Shown here piece by piece: positions 26,101 through 39,645 of a DNA stretch of 64,000 bases. Position 1 is the first letter of the stretch. Every line of letters starts with the position of its first letter. The notes below the pieces were generated by a model, which was not told the origin of the DNA, made no database searches, and saw nothing but the letters and a program-made list of their open reading frames with translations. The stretch comes from Mobula hypostoma. Lineage: Eukaryota. The stretch lies in assembly GCF_963921235.1 (NCBI RefSeq), contig NC_086097.1, forward strand, positions 254,078,001 through 254,142,000, given 5' to 3'. Both the position numbers and the translations under genes were made by a program.

Positions 26101-26905
26101 CAGCATTAACAAACTTTCCACCAGGATATTAGTCCCCCTCCAGTTCAGCTGCAAATCATACCTTCTGTTCAGGTCCCACTTTCCCTAGAAGAGAGACCAA
26201 TGATCTGAAAATCTTATGGCCTCCCTTCTACACCAACTCCTTAAACTGTGTAATCTTCCTAGTTCTAGCCTCATTAGTACATGGCACAGACAGCAATCCT
26301 GAGATCACAACCCTGGAGGTCCTGCCCTTTAACTTAGCACCTAACTCCCTGAACTCCCTATGCAGAACCTCGTCACTCATCCTAACCACGTCATTGGTAC
26401 CTACAACGACCAAGACCTCTGGCTCTTCACACTTCCACTTAAGAATGCTGAGGATTCCATCAGAGATGTACCAGACCCTGGCACCTGGGAGGCAACCTAC
26501 CATCCGGGAATCTAGTTCTCACCCACAGAACCTCCTGTCCTTTGCCCTAACTAATGGATTTCCCATCACTACAGCACCCCTCTTCTCCTCCCTTCCCTTC
26601 TGAGTCACAGAGGCTGACTCAGTGCCAGAGACCCGACTACTGCGACTTTCCTCTGTTAGGTCATCCTTTCCCCTGCCTCCTACACCCCCAACAGTATCAA
26701 AAGTGATGTACCTGTTGAGGGGGATGGCCACAGGGGTACGCTGCATTAGCTCCTTAACCCCTTTCTCCTTCCTGACTGTCACCCAGTTTCCTGTGCCCTG
26801 CACCTTGGGTCTAACTACCTGTCTATATGTCCTATCTATCACCCCTTCAGCCTTCCAAATGATCAGGAATTCATACTGTCCTAGCTCCAATTTCTTAATA
26901 CGGCT
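20145..26905 (-). mobile_element. Decayed CR1 (ORF1 plus ORF2) split by the + strand CR1 (parts 26905-24482 and 20830-20145)
   Basis: ORF1 SGNH motifs (VVVGTND), endonuclease GLKVLYLNA and MGDFN, tail AAGACCATAAG at 20150-20167. Confidence 0.85.
20838..24474 (+). mobile_element. End-to-end CR1 (5' UTR, ORF1 esterase, internally deleted ORF2, tail)
   Basis: 7-bp TSD GTAACTG (20831-20837, 24475-24481); ORF1 AVVIGDFIVRG..HVGTN; ORF2 endonuclease and KFADD; (CTTATGGT)n tail. Confidence 0.93.
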
Positions 26906-27865
26906 CCATCTTGGGTACTAGCCTACAAAGTACACAGGACATCTTCATGGAGTGGTGTCTCAGAAAGGCAGCGTCCATTATTAAGGATGTCCAGCACCCA
27001 GGGCATGCCCTTTTCTCACTGTCACCATCAGGTAGGAGGTACAGAAGCCTGAAGGCACACACTCAGTGATTCAGGAACAGCTTCTTCCCCTCTGCCATCC
27101 GATTCCTAAATGGACATTGAACCCTTGGACACTACCTCACTTTTTTAAGTATATAGTATTTCTGTTTTTTACATGATTTTTAATCTGTTTAATATATATA
27201 TACTGTAATTGTTTGATTGATTTTCCTATATTAGATTAGATTAGATTATGAGGACACTCAGTCCTCATTTATTGTCATTTAGAAATGCATGCATTAAAAA
27301 ATGATACAACATTCCTCCAGAATGATATCACAAGAAAACACAGGACAAACCCAGACTAAAACTGACAAAACCACATAATTATAACACATAGTTACAACAG
27401 TGCAAAGCAATACCGTAATTTGATAAGAGTAGACCATGGGCACGGTAAAAAACGGTCTCAAAGTCCAGACAGACTCATCATCTCACGCAGGTAGCAGAAG
27501 GGGGAAACTCTTCCTGTCATGAACCTCCAAGCACCACAAACTTGCCGATGCAGCACCATCCAAGCAGAGCCGAGGACTTGGGGCTTTCCCCTCCGGAGAT
27601 TCTGGATCACACAGTAGCAGCAGCAGCGAAGCAGGCATTTAAGAAATTTCACCAGATGTTCCTCCGTGCTCTCACGTCTGCCTCCATGAAATCAGAGTTG
27701 TGCACAGCACCCTACTTGACAAATAACAGACATCACCACCGGAGTGGCCAGTGCGAGCTGCGTCGTGCTGCCTTCTTTAATAATATTATGTATTGCATTG
27801 AACTGCTGCTGCTAAGATAACAAATTACATGTCACAATTCGATGATCATAAACCTGATTCTGATA
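26905..27865 (+). mobile_element. Rex1-like 3' fragment containing a - strand short element (~27231-27775) with a (TAATC)n tail
   Basis: AAGGCAGCGTCCATTATTAAGGA..CACCCAGG motif; a (GATTA)n run at 27235 marks the tail of the nested element. Confidence 0.6.
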
Positions 27866-27880
27866 GAAACTGAAGCTGGA

Positions 27881-30257
27881 TGTTGTTGAGCCCACTAGGG
27901 GATCAGCTGTACTGGATTGGGTATTGTGTAATGAACCAGAGGTGATTAGAGAGATTGAGGTGAAGGAACCCTTAGGAGGCAGTGATCATAACATGATTGA
28001 GTTCACTGTGAAATTTGAAAAAGAGAAGCCGAAATCTGATGTGTCGGTATTTCAGTGGAGTAAAGGAAATTACAGTGGCATGAGAGAGGAACTGGCCAAA
28101 GTTGACCAGAAAGGGACACTGGCAGGAAAGACAGCAGAGCAGCAGTGGCTGGAGTTTATGTGAGAAATGAGGAATGTGCAAGACAGGTATATTCCAAAGA
28201 AGAAGAAATTTTCGAGTGGAAAAAGTATGCAACCGTGGTTGACAAGAGAAGTCAAAGCCAAAGTTAAAGCAAAAGAGAGGGCATACAAGGAAGCAAAATT
28301 TAGTGGGAAGACAGAGGATTGGGAAGTTTTAAAAACCTTACAAAAGGAAACCAAGAAGGTCATTAAGAGAGAAAAGATTAACTATGAAAGGAAGCTAGCA
28401 AATAATATCAAAGAGGATACTAGAAGCTTTTTCAAGTATATAAAGAGTAAAAGATAGGTGAGAGTAGATATAGGACCAATAGAAAATGATGCTGGAGAAA
28501 TTGTAATGGGAGATAAGGAGATGGCGGAGGAACTAAACGAGTATTTTGCATCAGTCTTCACTGAGGAAGACATCAGCAGTATACCGGACACTCAAGGGTG
28601 GCAGGGAAGAGAAGTGTGTGCAGTCACAATTACGACAGAGAAAGTACTCAGGAAGCTGAATAGTCTAAAGGTAGATAAATCTCCTGGACCAGATGGAATG
28701 CACCCTTGTGTTCTGAAGGAAGTAGCTGTGGAGATTGCGGAGGCATTAGCGATGATCTTTCAAAAGTTGATAGATTCTGGCATGGTTCCGGAAGACTGGA
28801 AGATTGCAAATGTCACTCCGCTATTTAAGAAGGGGGCAAGGAAGCAAAAAGGAAATTATAGACCTGTTAGCTTGGCATCGGTGTTTGGGAAGTTGTTGGA
28901 GTCGATTGTCAAGGATGAGGTTACAGAGTACCTGGAGGCATATGACAAGATAGGCAGAACTCAGCATGGATTCCTTAAAGGAAAATCCTGCCTGACAAAC
29001 CTATTACAATTTTTTGAGGAAATTACCAGTAGGCTAGACAAGGGAGATGCAGTGGATGTTGTATATTTGGATTTTCAGAAGGCCTTTGACAAGGTGCCAC
29101 ACATGAGGCTACTTAACAAGATAAGAGCCCATGGAATTACGGGAAAGTTACATACGTGGACAGAGCGTTGGCTGATTGGCAGGAAATAGAAAGTAGGATA
29201 AAGGGATCCTATTCTGGTTGGCTGCCGGTTACCAGTGGTGTTCCACAGGGGTCCGTGTTGGGGCCGCTTCTTTTTACATTGTACATCAACGATTTGGATT
29301 ATGGAATAAATGGCTTTGTGGCTAAGTTTGCTGATGATACGAAGATAGGTGGAGGGGCCGGTAGTACTGAGGAAACGGAGAGTCTGCAGAGAGACTTGGA
29401 TAGATTGGAAGAATGGGCAGAGAAGTGGCAAATGAAGTACAATGTTGGAAAGTGTATGGTTATGCACTTTGGCAGAAAAAATAAACGGGCAGACTATTAT
29501 TTAAATGGGGAGAGAATTCAAAGTTCTGAGATGAATCGGGACTTGGGAGTCCTCGTACAGGATACCCTTAAAGTTAACCTCCAGGTTGAGTCGGTGGTGA
29601 AGAAGGCGAATGCAATGTTGGCATTCATTTCTAGAGGAATAGAGTGTAGGAGCAGGGATGTGATGTTGAGGCTCTATAAGGCGCTGGTGAGACCTCACTT
29701 GGAGTACTGTGGGCAGTTTTGGTCTCCTTATTTAAGAAAGGATGTGCTGACGTTGGAGAGGGTACAGAGAAGATTCACTAGAATGATTCCGGAACTGAGA
29801 GGGTTAACATATGAGGAACGTTTGTCCGCTCTTGGACTGTATTCCTTGGAGTTTAGAAGAATGAGGGGAGACCTCATAGAAACATTTCGAATGTTGAAAG
29901 GCATGGACAGAATGGATGTGGCAAAGTTGTTTCCCATGATGGGGGAGTCTAGTATGAGAGGGCATGACTTCAGGATTGAAGGGCGCCCATTCAGAACAGA
30001 AATGCGAAGAAATTTTTTTAGTCAGAGGGTGGTGAATCTATGGAATTTGTTGCCACGGGCAGCAGTGGAGGCCAAGTCATTGGGTGTATTTAAGGCAGAG
30101 ATTGATAGGTATCTGAGTAGCCAGGGCATCAAAGGTTATGGTGAGAAGGCGGGGGAGTGGGACTAAATAGGGGATGGATCAGCTCATGATAAAATGGCGG
30201 AGCAGACTAGATGGGCCGAATGGCCTACTTCTGCTCCTTTGTCTTATGGTCTTACGG
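27881..30257 (+). mobile_element. 5'-truncated CR1 with a well-preserved RT domain
   Basis: ORFs 28458-29189 and 29156-30166: KSPGPDG, YLDFQKAFD, SGVPQGSVLGP, KFADD; CR1 tail. Confidence 0.95.
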
Positions 30258-31807
30258 ATGTACTTTTTGCAGTTATAGTGGTCAGGGAACTGGAGGTCTC
30301 CCTGTCTTCCTATATCCCCCAAGAGGAGCATTCCACTATCCTGCCTTTCATCTATATTGTTCTAGCTGAGCAGATATAATGAATAGTAGGAAAAAAATTG
30401 AGGTTTTCTTTCCTCTTCAATAAAGCCTCAAACAGCTAAAGCCTTAAGGTCACCACTCTGACTACATCCGCTCAGATGACTGCCACTGCTCTTGCCCCTG
30501 CCTTCCTTTAACTTACTCTTACTAATCAATCCCAAATGCTGAATGGATGCTGGTCATAGCTATATTACGCTGTGGCGAACTGCTCCTGCCTTTTATCCTT
30601 GTTTGAAGTCCCCTCCTCTCTGTGTGTCAAAGCTCTATTTGATAAAGTGAGGTGTTATCATTTTGCGCCAGATCCACTATTGACCTGCCCCGTGACGTTA
30701 CCACCATGGGTACTCTACCAGGAGCACAGCTCCAGGTGGCACCATTCTCCAGGTCTCAGAAACTCACAAGCCTCTCCACAACAAGGTAATGAACCTTAGA
30801 GGAGAGAAGATCATAGCAGGGACACCACTGTACATCTCCGTTTGAGACATGAAAATGTCTGTGATATCCTGCTTTTATGTGGGTGCCTTTCTAAAGACAG
30901 CATAGAGCAGTAAACAGTTAATAACTTTATTTCTCAGAGAGAGCTTTCTCATGCAGGAACCATGGAAACACATTTTCTCACAAGTGCATGACATTGGCTT
31001 TTATTGCTTCGGGATTGCAGAAGTTTATGTGTAACCTTGGGAAGGCAGATGTTGGATCATATAAAGATAACTCAGTTCTATTTAGCACAGTATGAGCAAA
31101 CATTTATGCAAGAGTTATTATTCAAATTAAGGGCATTTTGGTGGCATCATGAGACATGTCCTCAGTCTCTAATGAAGAAGACTTAAATCAGCAGACATAG
31201 TTCTCAATCTGTTGTGAAGAGAATGTCAAAGTTAGTTCTGAAGAGGAATGGAGGAGAGTTTTCTGGAGGGAATGTGGGAACTTGTGCAGCTGCAGAACTC
31301 ATTTCTGACCGAGATCCAGGCACAGTCCGGGACTGTACCTGTGGACCTGGGAGTAGGGTCTGCACACAGATCTTCAAGAATCCCATGAATCATTCTCTGC
31401 ATACCCCAGGTAGATGCCTACTAGAAGGAGGAGGAGTTTTCTCTAAGGAATGTGATGGGATGAGTGCTCTCCCAAGGGAATGTCACCGTGGAATTGTTGA
31501 GAAACACCTGGTAGCTGTTCACTTCACAGTTAGCTTTAACTCATCATTCTGAGCAAACATCTAAAGAGGTGGCGCTCCAAACAACTGCTGGCACTGATCA
31601 ATCACTCCAGTCTTCTGGCAATACCATGCACTCGGGTGTCCCAGTGGCTGAGGCAGTTAGCCAGTGATGCAACCAAGAAAACTTCCTCAGAATCCAAAAG
31701 CAAAAACAAAGAACCATTAAAAATAGAGCAGGACATCAAAACCTCCTCCAGCTCGTCCTGATATTCAGAAACATAATTCCTGATCTGACTTTGCACACTG
31801 CTGCACA

Positions 31808-32300
31808 GACCAACCCATTTCCCATACACACTGACCCCACAATGACCAACCACCTAGAACCTAGAACATAGACCAGACCTCCCTGTTTCTCATTTGCACT
31901 GACCCCACAATGACCAACAACCTAGAACCCACAACATAGAATATACCTGCCCATTTCCCACTCATACTGACCACACAATGACTAACAATCTAGAAGCTAG
32001 AACATAGAGCAAACCTGCCCCTGCCCTTTTCCCATAGACACTGACTTACAATGACCAAGAGTCGAGATCACGGAACATGGATTAGACATGTCCGTTTCCA
32101 GTTAACACTGACCCACAATGACCGAGCGTCGAGATCACGGAAGATGGATTAGACATGTCCGTTTCCAATTAACACTGACCCACAATGACCGAGAGTCGAG
32201 ATCACGGACCATGGATTAGACATGTCCGTTTTCGATTAACAATGACAGCAATCTGGAACCTAGAATACAGAGCAGACCTGCCTGTTTGCCATAGACACTT
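31808..32300 (+). repeat. ~65-bp diverged tandem repeat, about 7 copies
   Basis: Recurring CTGACCC(C)ACAATGACC..GAACAT unit; the three copies at ~32040-32245 are nearly identical. Confidence 0.85.
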
Positions 32301-33819
32301 ACTCCACAAGAAACAACAATCCAGAACATTGAATGTAGAGCAGTAGAGGACTGTATGTGTCCTTCAGCCCATGATATTGTGCCAACCTAAACCAACTCCA
32401 CAAAGAATTGAACCCTTCCCTCCTACACAGCCCATAGCCCTCCATTTTTCTTACATCCATGGGCCTACCCTTACATCCAACTCCCCTAAATGTCCCTAAT
32501 ATGTCTGCCTCTACCATGAGCCCTGGAAGTGCTTCCCTTGCATGCGACACTCTCTGTGTAAGAAACCTATTTCTGACATCTCTGCTAAACTTTCCTCCAA
32601 TATGCTCTGCTATCGGGCATTGCCTGTATGGGAGTTGCAGTGGTACAGTGGTTAGAGCAACCACTTTACAACGCCAGCAGTTACCACTGGGGTATCAATT
32701 CCTGCCACTGCCTGTTGTGGAATATACTCAGTGACTCGGACTCCACGGCTCATTGTGTTACAGAGCTCCAAAGGTCCATGAATCTCTCTGAGATGAGATT
32801 ACTCCTCATTGCCATTTTGCATGGATAACCATTCTCTCTGAACCATTGCCCTAGTTCTGCATTTATGGAGCCATGAGTCATGGAGCACTACAACATATAA
32901 ACAGGCTCTTCAGCCCATCTAGTTCCTGCCAAACAGTTATTCTGCCTAGTTCCATCGAATTGGACCTGGACCATAGCCCTCCCATCAATGTACCTCTCCC
33001 AACTTCTCTTAAAGGTTGAAATCGAACCTGCATCCACCACTTCTGCTGGCAGCTCTTCCCACACTCTCAATGCTCCCTGAGTGAAGAAATTCCCCCTTAG
33101 ATTCCACTCAAACCTTTCACCCTTAACCTATGACCTCTAGTTTTAGTCTCACCAAACCTTAGTAGAAAAGCCATGCTTTCATTTATCTGATCTTTTCCCT
33201 TATAATTTTATGTTGCATTCTGCTGCAGAGTAAACTCAGTGACTCTGCCAGCATAGTTGTCTGCGGTACAGAGTTCCAAAAGCCTCTACGAGATGAGATT
33301 CTTCCTCTTTGCTATTTGAGTGGATAACTAACCCCTCTGAAACTATATATACTGATTCTGCATTTCTTTATGAAAGGAAACATCTCTCAGGACTTACCTT
33401 GTTGAGCTCATTGACTTTATAGAGCCTTTGGAAAAGACCAGACAAATATATTGAATTGGACAGCTCCTTCACAGACACAGCATGGAACAATGGGCTGAAT
33501 GCTCTCCTCCTGTGCCAGATAGTTCTATGAATTGTTGGTGATTTTCTCCACTTGCAACATTGTGACAAAGTTTAGTACATTAGTAAATGATATTATTATT
33601 ACCGAGATATGTGAAAAAACTTGTCTTGCATACTACTCGTACAGATCAGATCACAACACAATGTGTTGGATTCTGATGTTTTCAATCCAACATTCTTTTG
33701 GAAGTCAGGAAGTAGGCACAAAACTTGTTTCTTTACAATCATTTTGTGAGGCATTAACAAAGGGAGATGAAAGTGGGCAGTGATAGGGGTCAAGTAAGTA
33801 AATAGATAGGCGTCTTCAC

Positions 33820-35529
33820 TAGAGATTAAACCATCTCCCAGATGTAATAGTGGCCAAAGGACCTCGGGTAATGTATGAACTGAAGGAAATTTATATTAGG
33901 CAGGAAATGGTGTTGGATAGACTGTTGGGTCTGAAGGCTGATAAGTCCCCGGGACCTGATGGTCTGCACCCCAGGGTACTTAAGGAGGTGGCTTTAGAAA
34001 TCGTGGACGCATTGGTAATCATTTTCCAATGTTCTATAGATTCAGGATCAGTTCCTGCGGATTGGAGGGTGGCTAATGTTGTCCCTCTCTTCAAGAAGGG
34101 GGGAAGAGAGAAAACAGGGAATTATGGACTGGTTAGCCTGACGTCGGTGGTGGGAAAGATGCTGGAGTCAATTATAAAAGATGAAATTACGACACATCTG
34201 GATAGCAGTAACAGGATTGGTCCGAGTCAGCATGGATTTACGAAGGGGAAATCGTGCTTGACTAATCTTCTGTAATTTTTTGAGGATGTAACTATGAAAA
34301 TGGACAAGGGAAAGCCAGTGGATGTAGTGTACCTGGACTTTCAGAAAGCCTGTAATAAAGTCCCACATAGGAGATTAGTGGGCAAAATTAGGGCACATGG
34401 TATTGGGGGCAGAGTACTGACATGGATTGAAAATTGGCTGGCTGACAGAAAACAAAGAGTAGCGATTAATGGGTCCCTTCCGGAATGGCAGGCGGTGACC
34501 AGCGGGGTATTGTAGGGTTCAGTGCTGGGACCGCAGCTGTTTACAGAATATATTAATGATTTAGATGAAGGAATTAAAAGTAACATTAGCAAATTTGCTG
34601 ATGACACAAAGCTGGGTGGCAGTGTGAAATGTGAGGAGGGTGTTATGAGAATGCAGGGTGACTTGGACAGGCTGGGTGAGTGGGCAGATGCATGGCAGAT
34701 GCAGTTTAATGTGGATAAATGTGAAGTTATCCACTTTGGTGGTAAAAACGGGAAGGCAGATTATTATCTACATGGATCAAGTTAGGAAAAGGGGAAGTAC
34801 AACGAGATCTAGGTGTTCTTGTACATCAGTCACTGAAAGCAAGCATGCAGGTACAGCAGGCAGTGAAGAAAGCTAATGGCATGCTGGCCTTCATATCAAT
34901 GGGAATTGAGTATAAGAGCAAAGAGATCCTTCTGCAGCTGTACAGGGCCCTGATGAGACCACACCTGGAGTACTGTGCAGTTTTGGTCTCCAAATTTGAG
35001 GAAGGACATTCTTGCTATTGAGGGAGAGCAGCGTAGGTTCACAAGGTTAATTCCTGGGATAGCGGGACTGTCATATGTCGAAATATTGGAGCGACTGGGC
35101 TTGTATACTCTGGAATTTAGAAGACTGAGAGGGGATCTTATTGAAACATATAAGATTATTAAGGGATTGGACACGTTGCAGGCAGGAAGCATGTTCCCGC
35201 TGATGGGTGAGTCCAGAACCAGAGGCCACAGTTTAAGAATTGGGGTAGGCCATTTAGAACGGAGTTAAGGAAAAACTTTTTCACCCAGAGAATGGTGGAC
35301 ATATGGAATGCTCTGCCCCAGAAGGCTGAGGAGGCCAAGTCTCTGGATGCTTTCAAAAAAGACATGGATAGAGCTCTTAAAGACAGCGGAATCAAAGGTT
35401 ATGGGGATAAGGCAGGAACTGGATACTGATAGTGGATGATCAGCCATGATCACAGTGAATGGCGGTGCTGGCTCGAAGGGCTGAATGGCCTACTCCTGCA
35501 CCTATTGTCTATTATCTATTGTCTATTGT
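33820..35529 (+). mobile_element. CR1 ORF2 RT and 3' end
   Basis: KSPGPDGLHP, SKFADDTK; (TATTGTC)n tail. Confidence 0.93.
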
Positions 35530-36505
35530 CATCCTGTTGACTGCAAATTTGCCCTATCACCAGCCTCTCCTCACTACACGTTGCCTGTATTTGTAACCCA
35601 ACTACCTCATCTTCTGCAATATCACTCTGGTTCCCATCCCCTGCCAAATTAGTTTAAATTCACCAAAACAATTCTGCCCACAAGGATATTGGACCCCTCG
35701 GGTTCAGCTGTAACCTGTCCCTTTTGTACAGGGTTTACCTTCCCTAGAAGAGATCCCAATGATCCATAAATCTGCACCCCTGTCCCATGCGCCAGTCCGT
35801 CAGCCATGCATTCACCTGCCAAATCATCCTATTCCTACCCTCACTGGCACATGGCACAGGCAGCAGTCCAGAGATTACAATCCTAGAGGTCCTGTTTCTT
35901 GGCTTTCTACCTAGCTCCCTAAGATCTGTCCTGAGGACCTCCTCACCTTGTCTACCTATCTCATTGGCGTGAATATGCACCAAGACTTCTGGCTGTTCAC
36001 CCTTGTCCTTGAGAACCCAATCTGAGACATCCCTGATCCTGGCACCAGGAAGACGCCATACCATCTGAATGTCTGTCTGGTGCCCACAGAAGCTAATCTC
36101 TGTTCATCTGACTATGGAATCCCCTTTCAACACCGCAATCGTCTTCGCCTCTCTGGTCTTCTGAGCAACAGCACCTGACTCAGTGCTGGAGACCCTGTCA
36201 CTGTGCCCCCCGCCCACCCAAATAGGTCATCCCCCTCAATTGTAAATATACTTACCATTCAGGGGAACAGACACTAGTGTACTCTGAACTGACTGTGCAT
36301 TTACCCTCCTCCAGACAGTCACCCAGCTACCTGTCTGCTGCAGTCTGGGGGTGACTACATCCCTGAAGCTCCTGTCTATCAGCTCCACATTTTCCCGTAT
36401 GAGTGAAAGGTCATCAAGCTGCAGCTCCAGTTCCTTAACACATTCTCTCAGGAGCTGCAGCTCGGTGCATCTGGTGCAGACGTGTTTATCTGAGACACTG
36501 CAGGC
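35530..36505 (-). mobile_element. CR1 ORF1 (esterase) fragment and ORF1/ORF2 junction
   Basis: LPGARIRDV..ISGLLPVP..DHWDLF; TTTAAACTAA on the - strand at 35658-35649. Confidence 0.85.
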
Positions 36506-36669
36506 AACTTACAGACAAATGTACCTCATCAATAACATGTTCATCCATGTCCAATCTTCTTTCACCAAGACCTCAGTGTTGACCCTTATCTCACATTTGA
36601 AAGATGTTGAGACAATTTATTTAAATTTCTACAGGAGAAACTTTAGTTATAAATATAAAATAGTAAATA

Positions 36670-38975
36670 ATTGGAGTGATTTGGCTATTTGGTACATCAA
36701 GTCTGCTCCACCAGTTCATCATGGCTGATTCAATTTTCCTCTCAGCCCCAATCTCCTGCCTTCTCCCCCTATCCCTTCATGCCCTGACCAGTCAAGAACC
36801 TATCATACATAAAGACTTGGCCTCCACAGCTGCCTGAGGCAACTTATTCCACAGATTCACCGCTCTCTGCCTGAAGAAATTCCTCCTCATCTCCATTCTA
36901 AAAGGAAACCCCTCTATTCTGAGGCAATGTCTGTTGGTCCCAAACTCTCCCACAATAGGAACATCCTCTCCACATCCACTCTATCAAGGTCCTTCACCAT
37001 TCGATAGGTTTCAGTTAGGTCATCCCTCATTGACTATTGTCTATTGTCTTCTGAATTCTAGTGAATACAGGCCCAGTGTCATCAAACACTCTTCATCTGA
37101 CAAGCCATTCAATCCTGGAATCATTTTTGTGAACCTCCTTTGAACCCTCTCCAGTGTCAGCCCATTCTTTCTAAGATAAGGGGCACAAAACTGCTCACAA
37201 TACTCCGTGAGGCCTTACCAGTGCTTTATAAAGCCTCAGTATTGCAACCTTGCCTTTATATTTGAGTCCTCTTGAAATTAATGCAAACATTGCCTTTGCC
37301 TTCCTCACCACAGACTCAACCCACAAATTAACCTTAAGGAATTAACCTTAAGAAGGACTCCAAAGTCCCTTTGCACCTCGTATTTTGAATTTTCTCTCCA
37401 TTTAGAAAATAGTTTACCCATTTATTTCTGCTACCAAAGGGCATGACCATACATTTCCTGAACACTGTATTCCATCTGACACTTCTTTGCCAATTCTCCT
37501 AATCTGTCTAAGTCCTTCTGTAGCCTCTCTACTTCCACAGAACTACCTATCACTCTACCTATCTTCATATCATCCACAAATTTGGCCGCAAAGCCATCAA
37601 TTTCATCATCCAAATCATTGACATATAACATAAAAAGAATCGGTCCCAACACAGACACGTGTGGAACACCACTAGTCACCGGCAGCCAAACAGAAAAGGC
37701 CCCTTTATTCTGACCCTTTCCCTCCTGCTAATCAGCCACTGCTTTATCCAGCTAGTGTCTTTCCTGTAATACCATGGGCTCTTAACTTGTTAAGCAGCCT
37801 CATATGTGGCACCTTGTCAAAGGACTTCTGAAAATCCAAGTACAGAACATCAAGTGATTCTCCTTTGTCAATGCTGCTTGTAACTTCTTCAAATAATTCT
37901 AATCAGATTTGTCAGGCAGATTTTCCTGCGAGGAAACCATGCTGATTCTGGCCTATGTAATCATGTATCTCCAAGTACCCCGAAACCAGATCCTTAACAA
38001 TCGATTCCAACATCTTCCCAACCAGCGAGGTCAGACGAGCTGACCTATAATTTCCTATCTTCTACCTGTCTCCCTTCTTGAAGAGTTGATTGACATTTAG
38101 AACTTTCCAGTCCTCTATAACCATTCCAGAATCTAGTAATTCTTGAATGATCATTATAAGGCCTGACAATCTCTGCAGCCACCTCTTTCAGGACCCTGGA
38201 GTGTATAACATCTGGTCCAGGTTACTTATCTACCTTCAGTCCCTTGAGTTTCCTAATGACTTTCTCCCTAGTAATGGCAACTTCACGGACTTCTGCTCCC
38301 TGACATTCTGGAAATTCCTCCATACCGCTAGTGTTTTCCACAGTGAAGAATGATGCAAAATACTTATTCAGTTCATCCATGATTTCTTTGTCCCCCATTA
38401 CTACCTTTCCAGCATCATTTTCCTGCAGTCCAATATCCACTCTCACCTCTCTTTTACACGTTATGTATCTGAAGAAATTTTTAGTATCTTCTTTAATATT
38501 ATTGACTAGCTTACTTTAGTATTTCACCTTTTCCTTTTGTTATTTTGACTTCTCTTGTTAGTCACGGTTGTATCATCCAGCTTTTAGCATACTTCTTTGT
38601 CCTTGGGACGTATATATCCTGAGCGTTCCGAATTGCTTCCAGAAATTCCAGCCTTTGCTGCTCTGCCACTATCCTTGCCAGTGTTTTCTTTTCCATTCAA
38701 TTTTGGCCAGCTCTTTTCTCATGCCTCTGTAATTCTCTTTACTCCACTGGCATTCTGAAGACTTTAGCTTCTCCTTCTCAAATTGCAGGGTGAATTCTCC
38801 GATGAATCGCACCATAGAATGCATGTTCGTAATCCAACTACCTCACCTTCAGCACTATCTTTCCGGTTCCCATTCCCTGCCAAACCAGTTTAAATCCTCC
38901 CAAGCAACTGTAGCCAACCTACCTGCAAGGGTATCAGTCTCTCTCCGGTTCAGGTGTAACCCCTGCCCCCTGCAC
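36670..38975 (-). mobile_element. Decayed CR1 ORF2, plus a junction fragment at ~38820-38975
   Basis: TSGVPHVSVLGP..KFVDD; ELNKYFASFFT. Confidence 0.85.
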
Positions 38976-39082
38976 CAGTTCCTCAGCCAGACATTCACTG
39001 CGTTACCAAAAAGTTACATTTATTACCAAAGCAGAAATATTGTATGTCACTATATACTAACTTGGTTCTTTAAGGTTATTAT

Positions 39083-39645
39083 AGCCGGGGGTGGTAATGG
39101 GGACAAGCTCCTGCTACTTACTAAATGCCTCCAATGGTGTGCACCTCAAACAGCCTCTGACAACCAAGTCTGGCTCCTGGCCTTTGTGTATGGCTTAGCT
39201 ACTAAGCCCAGCGGAACCATTTCTACTGACAGGAAAAGGTGCAAGGTCAGGTTACTGGTGCCTTAAAACCAAGTGTTTTGGCTGGATGGGGCTCGTCAGC
39301 TGTGGTTGGCAGCTCATCTAGGAGAAGGAAAACTCTGATCTCAAAGCTCTGCTACCTCGCGGCTATACTCACTCATGGGGAAGGCTTTGGGAATAAACCT
39401 CCAACGGAAAAATCCAGAGCTGGTGTCCCGAAGGCAGTTCTATGTTAAGCTCAGTGATGACTGGGAACTCCTGCTGGTACCAAACTGTATTGGTCTCTGT
39501 CGTTCCTTTGGATTAATCAGATGCATGGAGAGGGGGAGCTTGCTACACGGGCAACAGCTTGCTCTCCATATCGTACTGCCCAGGCTTGGGTGTCTAGACA
39601 GCTAGGATGCAATTTCCATGATCAACTCTGACCCACAGAGGCCCT
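39083..39645 (+). mobile_element. Non-coding short retroelement (SINE-like or non-autonomous LINE derivative)
   Basis: Homologous to 6986-7265 and 48150-48500 (-); 3' part resembles the tail of the SINE at 14892-15201. Confidence 0.65.

Noticed and set aside
29156..30166. 336-aa RT ORF as a domesticated gene or active element
   Set aside because: The copy is 5'-truncated and has upstream stops and a frameshift.
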